Positions 9,931-20,268 of a stretch of 64,000 nt of DNA are shown here, piece after piece (within the stretch, counting starts at the first letter, position 1; each line of letters begins with the position of its first letter). The notes under the pieces are model-generated. The model saw only the letters and a program-made list of their open reading frames with translations, searched no databases and was not told where the DNA came from. The translations under genes and the position numbers were made by a program. The DNA is from Pirellulales bacterium (GTDB taxonomy: Bacteria; Planctomycetota; Planctomycetia; Pirellulales; JAICIG01). The DNA lies in assembly GCA_035550375.1 (NCBI GenBank), contig DASZPH010000085.1:271769-335768 (forward strand), read 5' to 3'.

Positions 9931-11108
9931 CCTCCGCAGACCGTAATGCTGTCTTGCGCCGCGTTGGCGTGGCGTCGCTGCTGGTGGGAGTGGTCGGCGC
10001 CGTCGTCGCGGGGCTGGGCTATGGCGGCGGCTCGAAGGCTTTTTTGGCTTCCCACCTGGTCGCCTTCCTGTTCTGGTTGGGCATTTCGCTCGGGTCGATG
10101 ATCGTCTGTATGCTGCATGGCGTGACGGGGGGCGGATGGGGCCTGGCGGTGCGGCGCGTCGCCGAAGCCGCTCTGGCGACCCTCCCTCTGATGGCGCTGG
10201 CCTTCGTCCCCGTGGTCATGAACGTGGCCACGCTGTATGAATGGGCGGATCCGTCCCACGTCGCAGACGACGAGAACCTGCAGAAGAAAGTGCACTGGCT
10301 GAACGTCGAGGGGTACGAGACTCGGGCGGTCGTCTATTTCGGCGTCTGGATTGCGACAGCCGTGCTGCTGAACCTCCTCGCGCCGAACGAAGATCCCAAT
10401 CCGGAGTCTCGAAAAAATCTCTGGCTGCAGCGCGTCAGCGGAGCCGGGATGATTCTTTACGGCTTCAGCATGACGCTGGCGGCGGTCGACTGGGTGATGT
10501 CGCTGGAGCCGCACTGGTACTCGTCGATGTACGGCGTGATCTACTTCGGCGGCCAAGCGCTGGCCGGCATGTCGTTCTGCGTGCTGGTGATGAGCCTGCT
10601 GGAGAACTATCCCCCCTGGAACCGCTCGGTCAACACTTCGCGGCGGCACGACCTGGGCAACCTGCTGCTGGCCATGGTCATGTTCTGGGCTTACACCTCG
10701 TTCATGCAGTATCTGATCATCTGGTCGGGCAACCTGCCGGAAGAGAACGTGTGGTATCTACACCGCTCGGCCGGCGGCTACGAATGTGTGGTGCTGGTGC
10801 TGATGGGGTTTCACTTTGCCGTCCCCTTTGCGCTTCTGCTGTCGCGAGACATCAAGCAGAAGCAGCAGAGGCTGATGTGGTTGGTGGCGTGGCTGCTGGT
10901 GATGCGGCTGGTCGACTGGTATTGGCTGGCCGTGCCCGCGATCTTTCCGGGCGAGCTGACCCTGCCGTGGCAGTTGCCCGCCTGCATGGCGGCGATCGGC
11001 GGCTTTTGGCTGGCGATTTTTTCCTGGCGGCTGGCCTCGCTGGCCGACCGGCCGATTTACGATCCCGCACTGCTGGAGGGTGCCGATGAGCACGCAGCCC
11101 ACGCCTGA
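9927..11108 (+). CDS. actF: alternative complex III subunit ActF (polytopic membrane protein)
   Basis: ATGA overlap (9927-9930) with actE. About 9-10 hydrophobic helices. Start 9927 is inside track ORF 9831..11108. Confidence 0.75.
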   Translation: MTSADRNAVLRRVGVASLLVGVVGAVVAGLGYGGGSKAFLASHLVAFLFWLGISLGSMIVCMLHGVTGGGWGLAVRRVAEAALATLPLMALAFVPVVMNVATLYEWADPSHVADDENLQKKVHWLNVEGYETRAVVYFGVWIATAVLLNLLAPNEDPNPESRKNLWLQRVSGAGMILYGFSMTLAAVDWVMSLEPHWYSSMYGVIYFGGQALAGMSFCVLVMSLLENYPPWNRSVNTSRRHDLGNLLLAMVMFWAYTSFMQYLIIWSGNLPEENVWYLHRSAGGYECVVLVLMGFHFAVPFALLLSRDIKQKQQRLMWLVAWLLVMRLVDWYWLAVPAIFPGELTLPWQLPACMAAIGGFWLAIFSWRLASLADRPIYDPALLEGADEHAAHA

Positions 11109-11535
11109 ACTGGCGTCGTCAAGCGCGAAGCACGAGACGACCGACGTGCGCAGTACCCCGCTGGTCTTCTCGGCGCTGGTGCTGGCGGTGGCCGTGGCCC
11201 TGGTCTGCGTGTTTCTGATCTGGTTTTTCGGTCGGCTGGAGAATCACGCCCGGCGTCACGATCCGCGGCTGAGCCCGCTCGTCGGCAGCCAGACGCCGCC
11301 TGCTCCGCGCCTGCAAACCAGCCCCGCCAGCGACCTGGCCCGCATGCGCGAGGCGGAAGATCAGGCCCTCCACCGCTATCGGTGGATCGACAAAGAGCGC
11401 GGCACCGTGCAGTTGCCGATCGACCGGGCCATGGCCCTTTTGCTTGAAGAGGGTTTGCCGGAGACAAAGGCGGAAACGCCCGACGCAAAAGGCCCCCGCG
11501 ACGAGTCAACCGACAAAAAGGAGGCCGGACGATGA
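11086..11535 (+). CDS. small single-TM protein of the ACIII/oxidase operon, unknown function
   Basis: ATG 11086 is preceded by GGAGGG. TM 'LVFSALVLAVAVALVCVFLIWFF'. Overlaps the actF end and is ATGA-coupled to the next gene. Confidence 0.5.
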   Translation: MSTQPTPELASSSAKHETTDVRSTPLVFSALVLAVAVALVCVFLIWFFGRLENHARRHDPRLSPLVGSQTPPAPRLQTSPASDLARMREAEDQALHRYRWIDKERGTVQLPIDRAMALLLEEGLPETKAETPDAKGPRDESTDKKEAGR

Positions 11536-12434
11536 CCCGCTTCGGCAAGCTCTCCTATTTCTTGTTGCCGGCGGCGCTCCTGGCGCTCTCCGGCGCCGCC
11601 CACGCCCAGCGTCCTTTTGCCGCCGCTTCCTACCACGCGCCGGCCGACCAGGGCCAGGTGGCGCGAATGGTCGGTGAAATCGGCATCGATCAGCACCTCG
11701 GAGACCTGCTGCCTCTCGACCTGGAACTGCGCGACGAACGGGGGGAGACGGTTAAGCTCGGCCAGTTCTTTCACGAAAAGCCGGTCGTGGTGATGCTGGT
11801 CTACTATCGCTGCCCGATGCTCTGCACGCAGGTGCTGAACGGCTTTTTAAAGAGCAGCCAGGCTGTCAAGTACGCGATCGGACGCGACTACGAAGTTGTC
11901 ACCGTCAGTTTCGACCCGCGGGAGACGGCCGAGCTTGCGGCCGACAAGAAGGCCGCCTATGTGCGGGCTTATCGCCGCGAGGGGGCCGCGGACGGCTGGC
12001 ACTTTTTGACCGGCAGCGACGACTCGATCAAGCGGCTGACCGAGGCCATCGGTTTTCGCTATCGCTACGACGCCAAAAGCGACCAGTTCGCTCACGCCAG
12101 CGGCATCGTCGTTGCCACTCCCCAGGGGAAGCTGTCGCGGTACCTGTATGGAATCGAATACGAGCCGGGCAACCTGCGGCTTGCGCTGGTCGAGAGCGGC
12201 GAGAACCGCATCGGTTCCCCCGTCGACCAGGTGCTCCTGCTCTGTTTTCATTACGACCCGCTGACCGGCAAATACGGCCTCGTAATCGCCAACGTGATCC
12301 GGGCCGCCGGCTCGCTCACCGTGCTTTTGCTGGGCGGGTTTCTGGTCGCCATGTACCGCCTGGAGCGCCGCCGTACGAAAGAGGCCAGGCTGGCTGCGCC
12401 CGGAAGGCATTCCACGGTGGAAGAGGCGTCATGA
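11532..12434 (+). CDS. SCO1/SenC family copper chaperone
   Basis: Thioredoxin-like 'VVVMLVYYRCPMLCTQVLNG' CxxxC motif, downstream His region and a C-terminal TM. ATGA couplings on both sides. Confidence 0.85.
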   Translation: MTRFGKLSYFLLPAALLALSGAAHAQRPFAAASYHAPADQGQVARMVGEIGIDQHLGDLLPLDLELRDERGETVKLGQFFHEKPVVVMLVYYRCPMLCTQVLNGFLKSSQAVKYAIGRDYEVVTVSFDPRETAELAADKKAAYVRAYRREGAADGWHFLTGSDDSIKRLTEAIGFRYRYDAKSDQFAHASGIVVATPQGKLSRYLYGIEYEPGNLRLALVESGENRIGSPVDQVLLLCFHYDPLTGKYGLVIANVIRAAGSLTVLLLGGFLVAMYRLERRRTKEARLAAPGRHSTVEEAS

Positions 12435-13390
12435 CGAACGATACTTTCCGTCTCTTACCCGAGCAGGCATCGACCCATGCGCCCCAGGTCGACATGCTGT
12501 ATTTCTTCCTGCTTGGCGTGGCGACCTTTTTCACCGTGATGATCGCCGTCTTGATCGTCTTCTTCTCGATCAAGTATCGCCGCGGCGCGAAGGTCGATCG
12601 CACGGTTCGCGATGAGCACGCCCACGCCGTGGAAATCATGTGGATGGTGGGCCCGCTCGTGTTGGCCATGATCATCTTCTTCTGGGGAGCCAAGCTGTTT
12701 TTCGACGTCAACCGCCCGCCCGCCGGCGCTTTGGAGGTGGAGGTCGTCGGCAAGCAGTGGATGTGGAAGTTCCAGCACCCCGAGGGACGCCGCGAGATCA
12801 ACGAGTTGCACGTGCCTTTGGGTCAGCCCGTGCGGCTCCACATGATCTCGGAAGACGTGATCCACAGCCTGTTCGTGCCGGCCTTTCGCGTCAAGCAGGA
12901 CGTGCTGCCCGGCCGCTACAGCGGCACCTGGTTTGAGGCCACGAAGACGGGCGAGTATCACCTGTTCTGCGCTGAATACTGCGGCACCAACCATTCGTTG
13001 ATGAAAGGGCGGGTGGTGGTGATGGAGCCGAGCGAATACCAGGCCTGGCTGAGCGGCGGCAAGCCGGGCGAGTCGCCCGTCGAGGCCGGGCGCCGGCTGT
13101 TCGAGGAGATGCGCTGCTCGACGTGCCATCGCGGAGGCAGTCCGACCAGCCGCTGCCCGCCGCTGGAAGGAGTCTACGGCAACCCCGTGAAACTCGACAA
13201 CGGGCAGACCGTGACCGCCGACGAAGATTACCTGCGCGAGTCGATCCTGCATCCGGCGGCCAAGGTCGTGGCCGGGTTTCGGCCGATCATGCCCAGCTTC
13301 GAGGGACAACTTGGCGAAGAGGGGCTGATGCACGTGATCGCCTACATCAAGTCACTGGCCAAAGAGGAACGAGCCCGAACCGAGCCGTGA
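12431..13390 (+). CDS. ctaC: cytochrome c oxidase subunit II with fused cytochrome c domain (caa3-type)
   Basis: Two N-terminal TM helices. CuA site 'HSLFVPAFRVKQD...FCAEYCGTNHSLM'. C-terminal 'CSTCH'. Confidence 0.9.
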   Translation: MTNDTFRLLPEQASTHAPQVDMLYFFLLGVATFFTVMIAVLIVFFSIKYRRGAKVDRTVRDEHAHAVEIMWMVGPLVLAMIIFFWGAKLFFDVNRPPAGALEVEVVGKQWMWKFQHPEGRREINELHVPLGQPVRLHMISEDVIHSLFVPAFRVKQDVLPGRYSGTWFEATKTGEYHLFCAEYCGTNHSLMKGRVVVMEPSEYQAWLSGGKPGESPVEAGRRLFEEMRCSTCHRGGSPTSRCPPLEGVYGNPVKLDNGQTVTADEDYLRESILHPAAKVVAGFRPIMPSFEGQLGEEGLMHVIAYIKSLAKEERARTEP

Positions 13391-13429
13391 GTGCCGATCT
13401 GTGTGTACCGCAACCATGAGCCCTCATCC

Positions 13430-15109
13430 ATGACGTCCGTCGCAGTCGAACGACAAGCACAGCCCCCCGATGCGCCGCCGAAGCGCAACTACCTGAACGC
13501 CGGCTACACGGTGCGCTCGTGGCTCTTTACCACGGACCACAAGCGGATCGGGCTGCTCTACCTGCTCTCGATCACGTTCTTCTTCGTGATCGGCGGGGTC
13601 GCGGCGACGGTCGTGCGGCTCGACCTGATGACGCCCGAAGGCGACCTGGTGCAAACGGAGACCTACAACAAGCTCTTCACGGCGCACGGCGTGATCATGG
13701 TCTTCTTTTTTCTCGTGCCGTCGATCCCGGCCACGCTGGGCAACTTTCTCGTCCCGCTCATGGTCGGCGCGCGAGACCTGGCGTTTCCCAAGATCAACCT
13801 CATGAGTTGGTACGTCTACACGTGCGGCGGGCTGCTGACACTCTACGCGCTGGCGGCTGGAGGGGTCGACACGGGCTGGACGTTCTACGCGCCGTACAGC
13901 AGCACATACAGCAACACGCACGTCATGGCGACTGCCGTGGGGGTCTTCATCGTCGGCTTCTCGTCGATCATGACCGGGCTCAACTTCATCGTCACGATCC
14001 ACAAGATGCGCGCACCGGGCCTCACTTGGTTCCGGCTCCCGTTGTTCATCTGGTCGATTTACGCCACCAGCCTGATTCAGATCCTGGGGACGCCAGTCGT
14101 GGCCATCGCCCTGTTTCTGGTGGCCTGCGAACGGTTGCTCGGCCTCGGCATCTTCGACCCGCGGCTGGGAGGCGACCCGATTCTCTTTCAGCACCTCTTC
14201 TGGTTCTATTCGCACCCGGCCGTCTACATCATGATCCTGCCCGGCATGGGCGTGGTGACCGAAATCATCCCCTGCTTCTGCCGCAAGAAGATTTTTGGCT
14301 ACACGTTCATCGGTTTTTCGAGCTTCGCGATTGCCGTGTTTGGCTTTCTGGTCTGGGGGCACCACATGTTCGTCTCCGGGCAATCGGTTTACGCCGGCAT
14401 GGTGTTCTCCATGTTGAGTTACCTGGTGGCGATTCCCTCTGCGGTGAAAGTCTTCAACTGGACGGCTTCGCTCTACAAGGGATCGATCACGTTTGAAACA
14501 CCCATGCTCTACGCCTTGGGCTTTGTCGGTCTGTTCACGATGGGCGGCCTCACGGGGCTCTTCGTGGCCGCGCTGGGGGTGAACGTCCACGTTCACGACA
14601 CCTACTTCGTTATCGCCCACTTTCATTACATCATGGTGGGCGGCATGGTGATGGCCTACCTGGGCGGCATCCATTTCTGGTGGCCCAAGATCAGCGGCCG
14701 GATGTATCCCGAGGCCTGGGCCCGGTTCTCCGCCATTCTGATCTTCGTCGGCTTCAATCTGACTTTCTTCCCGCAGTACGTGCTCGGCTACTTGGGGATG
14801 CCGCGGCGCTACCACGTATACCCCGAAGAGTTTCAGGTGCTCAACGTTATGTCGTCGGCCGGAGCGTCGATTCTCGCGGTCGGGTACTTGTTCCCGCTCA
14901 CCTACCTGCTTTGGTCGCTACGATACGGTCCTTACGCTCCCCCGAACCCCTGGCGGGCAACGGGGCTGGAATGGACCACCGCTTCGCCGCCTCCCACGGA
15001 GAATTTTGCGTCAGCGCCGGTTGTTACCGACGAACCCTACGACTATCCCAAGTTCGACGCCGAGTGGCGAGACGCTTCCTTCAGCGAGGAACTGGCCGCA
15101 ACCGACTGA
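13430..15109 (+). CDS. ctaD: cytochrome c oxidase subunit I
   Basis: Haem-copper oxidase signatures '[17 protein letters not shown]', 'GHHMF', '[14 protein letters not shown]'. ATG 13430 (or GTG 13391). Confidence 0.95.
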   Translation: MTSVAVERQAQPPDAPPKRNYLNAGYTVRSWLFTTDHKRIGLLYLLSITFFFVIGGVAATVVRLDLMTPEGDLVQTETYNKLFTAHGVIMVFFFLVPSIPATLGNFLVPLMVGARDLAFPKINLMSWYVYTCGGLLTLYALAAGGVDTGWTFYAPYSSTYSNTHVMATAVGVFIVGFSSIMTGLNFIVTIHKMRAPGLTWFRLPLFIWSIYATSLIQILGTPVVAIALFLVACERLLGLGIFDPRLGGDPILFQHLFWFYSHPAVYIMILPGMGVVTEIIPCFCRKKIFGYTFIGFSSFAIAVFGFLVWGHHMFVSGQSVYAGMVFSMLSYLVAIPSAVKVFNWTASLYKGSITFETPMLYALGFVGLFTMGGLTGLFVAALGVNVHVHDTYFVIAHFHYIMVGGMVMAYLGGIHFWWPKISGRMYPEAWARFSAILIFVGFNLTFFPQYVLGYLGMPRRYHVYPEEFQVLNVMSSAGASILAVGYLFPLTYLLWSLRYGPYAPPNPWRATGLEWTTASPPPTENFASAPVVTDEPYDYPKFDAEWRDASFSEELAATD

Positions 15110-15121
15110 CCGATTCTGCCT

Positions 15122-15787
15122 ATGTCTGAAGCCCACTCCATTCATGGTCCGGTAGCCCACCAGTTCGACGACCTCCAGCAGCAGCGCGAGGCCGACGAAC
15201 TAGGGATGTGGACCTTTCTCTGCACCGAGATCCTCTTCTTCGGCGGGGTCTTCCTCGCCTACACGCTCTACCGCCTGCGAGACGAGGCCGGCTTTGCCGA
15301 CGCCAGCGGCACGATGAACCTGTGGCTCGGCGCCGTCAACACGGCCGTGCTCTTGTGCAGCAGCCTCACCGTGGCCCTGGCGGTTCACGCCGGCGAGACG
15401 TCACGCCGCACGATGCTCGTCGTCTGCCTGGTGCTGACGATGATCCTGGGCGCGGGATTTTTGGGCATCAAGGGCTACGAATACTACGAAAAATACGAAG
15501 AACACCACATGCCCCTCTTCGGCCTGCCCTTTATCTACGAGGGCCAGGCGTCGCCGGCGACGGCTGAAATGTTCTTCGACCTTTACTTCGTGATGACGGG
15601 TATCCACGCCATCCACATGATCATCGGCATGGGCGTCTTCACCTTGCTCTTAGTCAAGGCACTCCGGGGCGGACTGCTGGGCGACTACTCGACGCCGGTG
15701 CACATCGCCGGTTTGTACTGGCACTTCGTGGATATCGTGTGGGTCTTTCTCTTTCCTTTCCTCTATCTCATCGGCGCCCGGCACTGA
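15122..15787 (+). CDS. ctaE: cytochrome c oxidase subunit III
   Basis: Five-TM protein ending 'AGLYWHFVDIVWVFLFPFLYL'. Follows subunit I. Confidence 0.9.
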   Translation: MSEAHSIHGPVAHQFDDLQQQREADELGMWTFLCTEILFFGGVFLAYTLYRLRDEAGFADASGTMNLWLGAVNTAVLLCSSLTVALAVHAGETSRRTMLVVCLVLTMILGAGFLGIKGYEYYEKYEEHHMPLFGLPFIYEGQASPATAEMFFDLYFVMTGIHAIHMIIGMGVFTLLLVKALRGGLLGDYSTPVHIAGLYWHFVDIVWVFLFPFLYLIGARH

Positions 15788-15803
15788 CACGAGAAGCACA
15801 GCC

Positions 15804-16178
15804 ATGAACGAACCGAGGCACCACGGCCAGGCGTCTCACGCGCCGGCGCATTTCTCCGTCGGGGCGCTGGTGGCCAATTTCGTCGCACTGATGGTACTGC
15901 TTGCCGCGACGGTCGCCGTCGCCGAGATCGACCTGGGCCGCGGCAATTTCATCGCCGCCACGGCGATTGCAGCCACCAAGACGACGCTGATCATGGTCGT
16001 CTTCATGAACCTGCGATACAGCAAGCCGCTGGCGCGGCTGGTGGCCTGCGCCGGGTTCTTCTGGCTGGCGATCATGTTCGCCCTGTCGTTCAGCGATTAC
16101 GGCAGCCGGGGCTGGCTGCCGAATGCGGATGCAGCGGCGCCGGTTGAGAATCGCTATTCGGCCGATGGCAACTCATAG
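15804..16178 (+). CDS. cytochrome c oxidase subunit IV family protein
   Basis: Small 3-TM protein ('LVANFVALMVLLAATVAV', 'KTTLIMVVFMNLRY', 'FFWLAIMFALSF') as the last gene of the oxidase operon. Confidence 0.7.
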   Translation: MNEPRHHGQASHAPAHFSVGALVANFVALMVLLAATVAVAEIDLGRGNFIAATAIAATKTTLIMVVFMNLRYSKPLARLVACAGFFWLAIMFALSFSDYGSRGWLPNADAAAPVENRYSADGNS

Positions 16179-17743
16179 CATGCGGCCTCGGTGGCATTAC
16201 GCACCAAAAGCCGGCTCCCGGCCACAACCGGATTGTTCCAGGTCTGTCCCTCGATTGCGGCAAACCGGGCCAACTCGTTGAATCGCTCGGACGACGCTTC
16301 GACCAGGGCAACCTCGCCTGTTTCAGCCTGGACAAGAAGCACGTTGTTGACCAGCAGGACCTGCCCGTGACCGTAGCGGCCGCCACGCCAGCGGCGCTTG
16401 CCGTCTTTCAGGTCGAGGCAGATGAGAGCCCGGCCGTCGTCGAGACCGTAAACGTGGCCGTCGCGAACGACAACGTTGGTGAACTTGGGTTTGAGCTGCT
16501 TGCTCTGCCAGAGCGATTTCGGGATGAGCTTATCGCCCTGGGAAGGCCCGATTTCAAGCAATTGGCAACCCAAGCCGTAGCCGGCGGAGACGAAAATGTG
16601 GTCGCCGTCGATGGCCACTGCATCGGGCACCTTCGGCGTGTTGCCCGGCCAGGCGAATTCCCACAGGAGGTGCCCATCTTGGGGATCGTGGGCCGAAACG
16701 GATTCCTGGTTGACCATCAGGACTTGCCGCACCCCCGCCACTTCGGCCAGCCGCGGCGAAGCGTAGCTGGAGGGCTGATCGCCCGCGTGCCAGGCGAGTT
16801 CGCCCGTTTGCTTATCGTAGGCCACGAGTGAGCGGCCGTCTTTGCCGCCCGCGCTGACGACAACCAGCCCGTCAACGACGAGCGGCGAACAGCTTTTGCC
16901 CCATTCCGGCAGCGAGGCTTTGTTCTCATCGAGCACGTCGTGAGTCCAAAGAAGCTGGCCCGTGCGGCCGTCGAGACAGTTGAGGCGACCCAACGCGCCA
17001 AGCGTGTAGACGCGGCCTTCGTCGACGGTCGGCGTCGATCGAGGCCCGTCGCCAGACAGCGTTTTGCTGAATCGTCCCTCGTCGGTGTGCGTCCAGAGCA
17101 GCTCTCCCTGGCCCAGGGAGTAGCACGTGATGCACTCGTATTTGCCCCGTTGCTCTTGGGTGACCGCATAATCACCCACGACGGCGAATGCCGACCAGCC
17201 GGCGCCGATGGGCTTTTTCCACGCGAGCTGTGGCGGGTGGGCCGTCCAGTCCGAATCGAACGACGGCGCTTCGGTCGTCGCGTCCCGATTCTTCCCGAGA
17301 AACTGGGGGAAATCGTGCTCGCTGGTGACGCTCAGATCGGCCGCCGCCGCGTGTTTGTCTAAAGGCTTCTCAGCCTCCCTGTCGACGAGCGACTCGTCGG
17401 GCCGCGGCGACCATCTCCAGGTGAAACGCGGGACGAGATTTCCGGAAAATCCGTCGACTCGCAGCGAGGCCGCCAGCGCGGTCCCGCCGGCGATCACGGC
17501 TACCAACCAGGAGAACGAAACGGCCCATGATCTGCCGGTGCCGAAAACGGCCCACAGCACCAGCATGCCTCCGACAAGCAGGCAGGCGGAGATCGTGGCC
17601 AGATTGCGGTGCGCGTCGTCGGGAAACAGGTCGGGCACCTGCAGCCCGCCGAGCAGGGCTCCCCCGGCGAGCAGAATTGCCACGAGCAGCCGCCAGCGGA
17701 CGAGCCGGGGCCTGGGAGTTTCGCTGCTCAAGCTGTCTTCCAT
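16154..17743 (-). CDS. PQQ-like beta-propeller repeat protein with N-terminal TM helices
   Basis: Repeated 'G.LLW...' blades ('GELLWTHTDEG', 'GQLLWTHDVLD', 'GELAWHAGD', 'GHLLWEFAW', 'GKRRWRGG') after hydrophobic N-terminal segments. Confidence 0.75.
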   Translation of the reverse strand: MEDSLSSETPRPRLVRWRLLVAILLAGGALLGGLQVPDLFPDDAHRNLATISACLLVGGMLVLWAVFGTGRSWAVSFSWLVAVIAGGTALAASLRVDGFSGNLVPRFTWRWSPRPDESLVDREAEKPLDKHAAAADLSVTSEHDFPQFLGKNRDATTEAPSFDSDWTAHPPQLAWKKPIGAGWSAFAVVGDYAVTQEQRGKYECITCYSLGQGELLWTHTDEGRFSKTLSGDGPRSTPTVDEGRVYTLGALGRLNCLDGRTGQLLWTHDVLDENKASLPEWGKSCSPLVVDGLVVVSAGGKDGRSLVAYDKQTGELAWHAGDQPSSYASPRLAEVAGVRQVLMVNQESVSAHDPQDGHLLWEFAWPGNTPKVPDAVAIDGDHIFVSAGYGLGCQLLEIGPSQGDKLIPKSLWQSKQLKPKFTNVVVRDGHVYGLDDGRALICLDLKDGKRRWRGGRYGHGQVLLVNNVLLVQAETGEVALVEASSERFNELARFAAIEGQTWNNPVVAGSRLLVRNATEAACYELPSAE

Positions 17744-17773
17744 GAGAAATCCTCGATCCGTCTCGATTGTCTT

Positions 17774-18058
17774 TCAATCGACGCGGCTCGTTACCTCGAG
17801 CAGATGCCAGCCGAATTGCGTTTTCACGGGTCCCTGAACCGTGCCGACGGGACAACTGAAGACGACGCGGTCGAACTCGGGTACCATCTGGTTGGGCGCG
17901 AACTCGCCCAGGTCGCCCCCTTGTTTGCCGGACGGGCACTGCGAATGCTTTCTGGCCAGGTCGGCGAAGTCGGCGCCCTCTTCGATCTGCGTCTTAAGGT
18001 CTTCGCAGGCTTCCTTGGTTTTGACGAGGATATGGCGGGCTTGGGCTCTCTTGGCCAT
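17774..18058 (-). CDS. parvulin-type peptidyl-prolyl cis-trans isomerase
   Basis: '[15 protein letters not shown]...[25 protein letters not shown]...MVPEFD...[14 protein letters not shown]' is PpiC-like. Start is CAT at 18056-18058. Confidence 0.85.
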   Translation of the reverse strand: MAKRAQARHILVKTKEACEDLKTQIEEGADFADLARKHSQCPSGKQGGDLGEFAPNQMVPEFDRVVFSCPVGTVQGPVKTQFGWHLLEVTSRVD

Positions 18059-18208
18059 GGTAATCTCTCTGGGGTTGGGCGAATCGTTGAAGGGGGCGAC
18101 GAGGTGGCAACGGAGCATGCCACAGGGTTGAATAAAGCTTAGCGGGGCGCCCGATTGGTGCCTAGGCGTCGCGTCGCCGCTCGCGGATGTCTTGGTCTTT
18201 TATTGACG

Positions 18209-19222
18209 ATGGCGATGAACGAACCCGGGGTGACCAGCCCGCCGGACGCCTGGCAAAAGCGGCTGGGGAGATGTTTCGGCCGGGCGGGACTTATCATGTC
18301 CGCCTTATTGTCCCTCGGGGTCGCGCTCTGCTACACCTGGCGGCTCGATGCCTGGGCCGCGGTGACCGTCTTTCCGATCTGGGTATGGTGGCTGGCCGGA
18401 GTTCTTCTCGTGGCCGCGGCAAGAAGGCAGGTGCCACGACGCTATTCGCTGACCGTCACCCTGATCTGGTGCCTGGTGCTCTACACGTTTTCCGACCATC
18501 CGCTGAACCTCCTGCGGTTCAAAAGCGGCGATGGCGTCCGGACCCTGAGGATTGTTTCGCTCAATTGTGCGGGGAACGTTCGCGCGGCTCTTGAAGTGGC
18601 TGACTTGCGGCCGGACATCGTGTTGGTCCAGGAATCGCCGGGCCGCGAGCCCTTGCTCACCCTGGCTCGCGAGTGCTTCGGCGACGAGGGATATGTGTTG
18701 TCGGGCGTCGACGCGTCGATCGTCGCCCGCGGCGAGGTGGAACGGCTGCCGCTGCCCGATTCGGTCACCAGCAACGCCGTCTGCGCCCGCATTCGTCTTG
18801 CGGACGGCCACGAGCTCAATGTCGTGAGCATGCGGCTAGAAACGCCGTCGGTGCGGGTTGATCTCTGGTCGCCAGACTGCTGGCACGAGCAAACGGCCAC
18901 CCGTCGGCGGCAGCGGAAGCAGTTGGAAACGATCGCCAAGATCGCGATTGATTCATCCGGCAGCGTGCCGTCCATCCTCGGCGGCGACTTCAACGCGCCT
19001 CCCGGCGACGCGATCTTTCGGGTCCTCACCCCGCTGCACGACGCCTTCGGTGAAGCGGGCCGCGGCTGGGGCAACACGATTCTCAACTCCACGCCGTGGC
19101 TGCGGATCGATCAGATTTGGATCTCGCCGCAACTCCGCGCCGTGGACGTTTACAGTCGGAAGACAGAGCACTCCGACCATCGGATGGTGGTCTGCGTTCT
19201 GCGCGTCGGCCGCACGCAATGA
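18209..19222 (+). CDS. endonuclease/exonuclease/phosphatase (EEP) family membrane protein
   Basis: N-terminal TM helices, then 'LRIVSLNC...PDIVLVQE', 'ILGGDFNAPP', 'SDHRMVVCVL' EEP motifs. Start uncertain (TTG 18155 or ATG 18209). Confidence 0.7.
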   Translation: MAMNEPGVTSPPDAWQKRLGRCFGRAGLIMSALLSLGVALCYTWRLDAWAAVTVFPIWVWWLAGVLLVAAARRQVPRRYSLTVTLIWCLVLYTFSDHPLNLLRFKSGDGVRTLRIVSLNCAGNVRAALEVADLRPDIVLVQESPGREPLLTLARECFGDEGYVLSGVDASIVARGEVERLPLPDSVTSNAVCARIRLADGHELNVVSMRLETPSVRVDLWSPDCWHEQTATRRRQRKQLETIAKIAIDSSGSVPSILGGDFNAPPGDAIFRVLTPLHDAFGEAGRGWGNTILNSTPWLRIDQIWISPQLRAVDVYSRKTEHSDHRMVVCVLRVGRTQ

Positions 19223-19374
19223 CGATCAGCTAAGGAAGGCGTTGTTGAATCGCCTTGCATCATCATGCAACGGGCCTGTGGTGAAGACGACAGGTCCTGC
19301 GCCAGGGTTAAGTCTATAGGACTGAGCATCTGCTTGCTTCGGACGGGCATGGGGTGGAAGGTCGTCCGAGGCCA

Positions 19375-20085
19375 CTACGCCATGCCCTGCAAGCCGAGCC
19401 GGCGGCGGCATTCGTCGAGCATTTCCTTGGTGCGGCTGGCGCCGGAGCGGCTGACGCCCAGGGCGCGTACCTTGAGCAGCGTATCCAGGTCGCGCACGCC
19501 GCCCGCTGCTTTCACTTGCACGTGCGGCGCCGCGTGCTTGCGCATCAGGGTCAGATCTTCCATCGTCGCCCCACCCGACCCGTAGCCGGTCGACGTCTTG
19601 ACCCAATCCGCGTTCACATCGCTGCAGATCTCGCAGAGCCGGATCTTCTGCGCGTCGTTCAGATAACAGTTCTCGAAGATCACCTTCACCTTCTGCCCGG
19701 CGGCGTGGGTTTCGTCAACGACGGCGCGGATCTCGTCACGAACGTAATCCCAATCGCCGCTGAGAACCTGCGAGATGTTGACCACCATGTCGAGCTCTTC
19801 GCCGCCGTCGGCCAGCGCTTGGCGGGTTTCGGCCAGCTTGATGGCCGTCGTGTGGCCGCCGTGCGGAAAGCCGATCGTCGTGCTCGGCCTGACGCCAGAA
19901 CCGGCCAGCATTTCAGCACAGCGGCGCAGGTAATACGGCAGGATACAGACGCTGGCCACCTTGTAGGCCGCGGCCAGCCGGCAGCCGGCCTCCAGATCGT
20001 CCGCCGTCAACGTGGGGTTGAGCAGCGAGTGGTCGATCATGCCGGCAATCTGTTCGTAGGTGTAATCCATCGGGTGCTCTGTCAA
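19375..20085 (-). CDS. deoC: deoxyribose-phosphate aldolase
   Basis: 'IDHSLLNPTLT', 'VASVCILPYY', 'TTIGFPHGG', 'ELDMVVNI', 'VKVIFENCYL', 'DWVKTSTGY', 'VKAAGGVR' match the DeoC class I aldolase pattern. Confidence 0.9.
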   Translation of the reverse strand: MTEHPMDYTYEQIAGMIDHSLLNPTLTADDLEAGCRLAAAYKVASVCILPYYLRRCAEMLAGSGVRPSTTIGFPHGGHTTAIKLAETRQALADGGEELDMVVNISQVLSGDWDYVRDEIRAVVDETHAAGQKVKVIFENCYLNDAQKIRLCEICSDVNADWVKTSTGYGSGGATMEDLTLMRKHAAPHVQVKAAGGVRDLDTLLKVRALGVSRSGASRTKEMLDECRRRLGLQGMA

Positions 20086-20107
20086 CGCTTAACTAGAACA
20101 AGGCTAT

Positions 20108-20265
20108 CAATGACGAATGACGAAGCTCGAATGACGAACGGCCGATGGGGCCAGCGAGCGCAGACTCTCAGAGCTTGCGCGTTCGCCTTCAAACTTGGTC
20201 GTTCATCATTCCTTTCGTCATTCGTGCTTCGTCATTCTTTCGTCATTTGTCGTGTGTCATTCGTG
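20108..20265. repeat. hairpin-forming intergenic element with (GAATGACGAA)-type arms
   Basis: Left arm is 'CAATGACGAATGACGAAGCTCGAATGACGAACGG'. Right arm is 'CGTTCATCATTCCTTTCGTCATTCGTGCTTCGTCATTCTTTCGTCATT', an imperfect reverse complement. Lies between the vWA stop and the deoC start. Confidence 0.7.
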
Positions 20266-20268
20266 TTT

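Noticed and set aside
13424-14815. 463-aa minus-strand ORF antisense to cox subunit I. Similar long antisense ORFs lie at 3645-4934, 5811-6830, 9864-10649, 19354-20817, 48987-51101, 51185-52513, 53631-54710 and 58502-59488.
   Set aside because: They are Arg/Pro/Gly/His-rich translations lying exactly opposite genes with strong family motifs. These are typical shadow ORFs of high-GC DNA.
16154-16178. 25-nt convergent overlap between the cox subunit IV stop and the PQQ-propeller gene stop.
   Set aside because: Short convergent 3' overlaps are common and need no special explanation. There is no evidence of antisense regulation from sequence alone.
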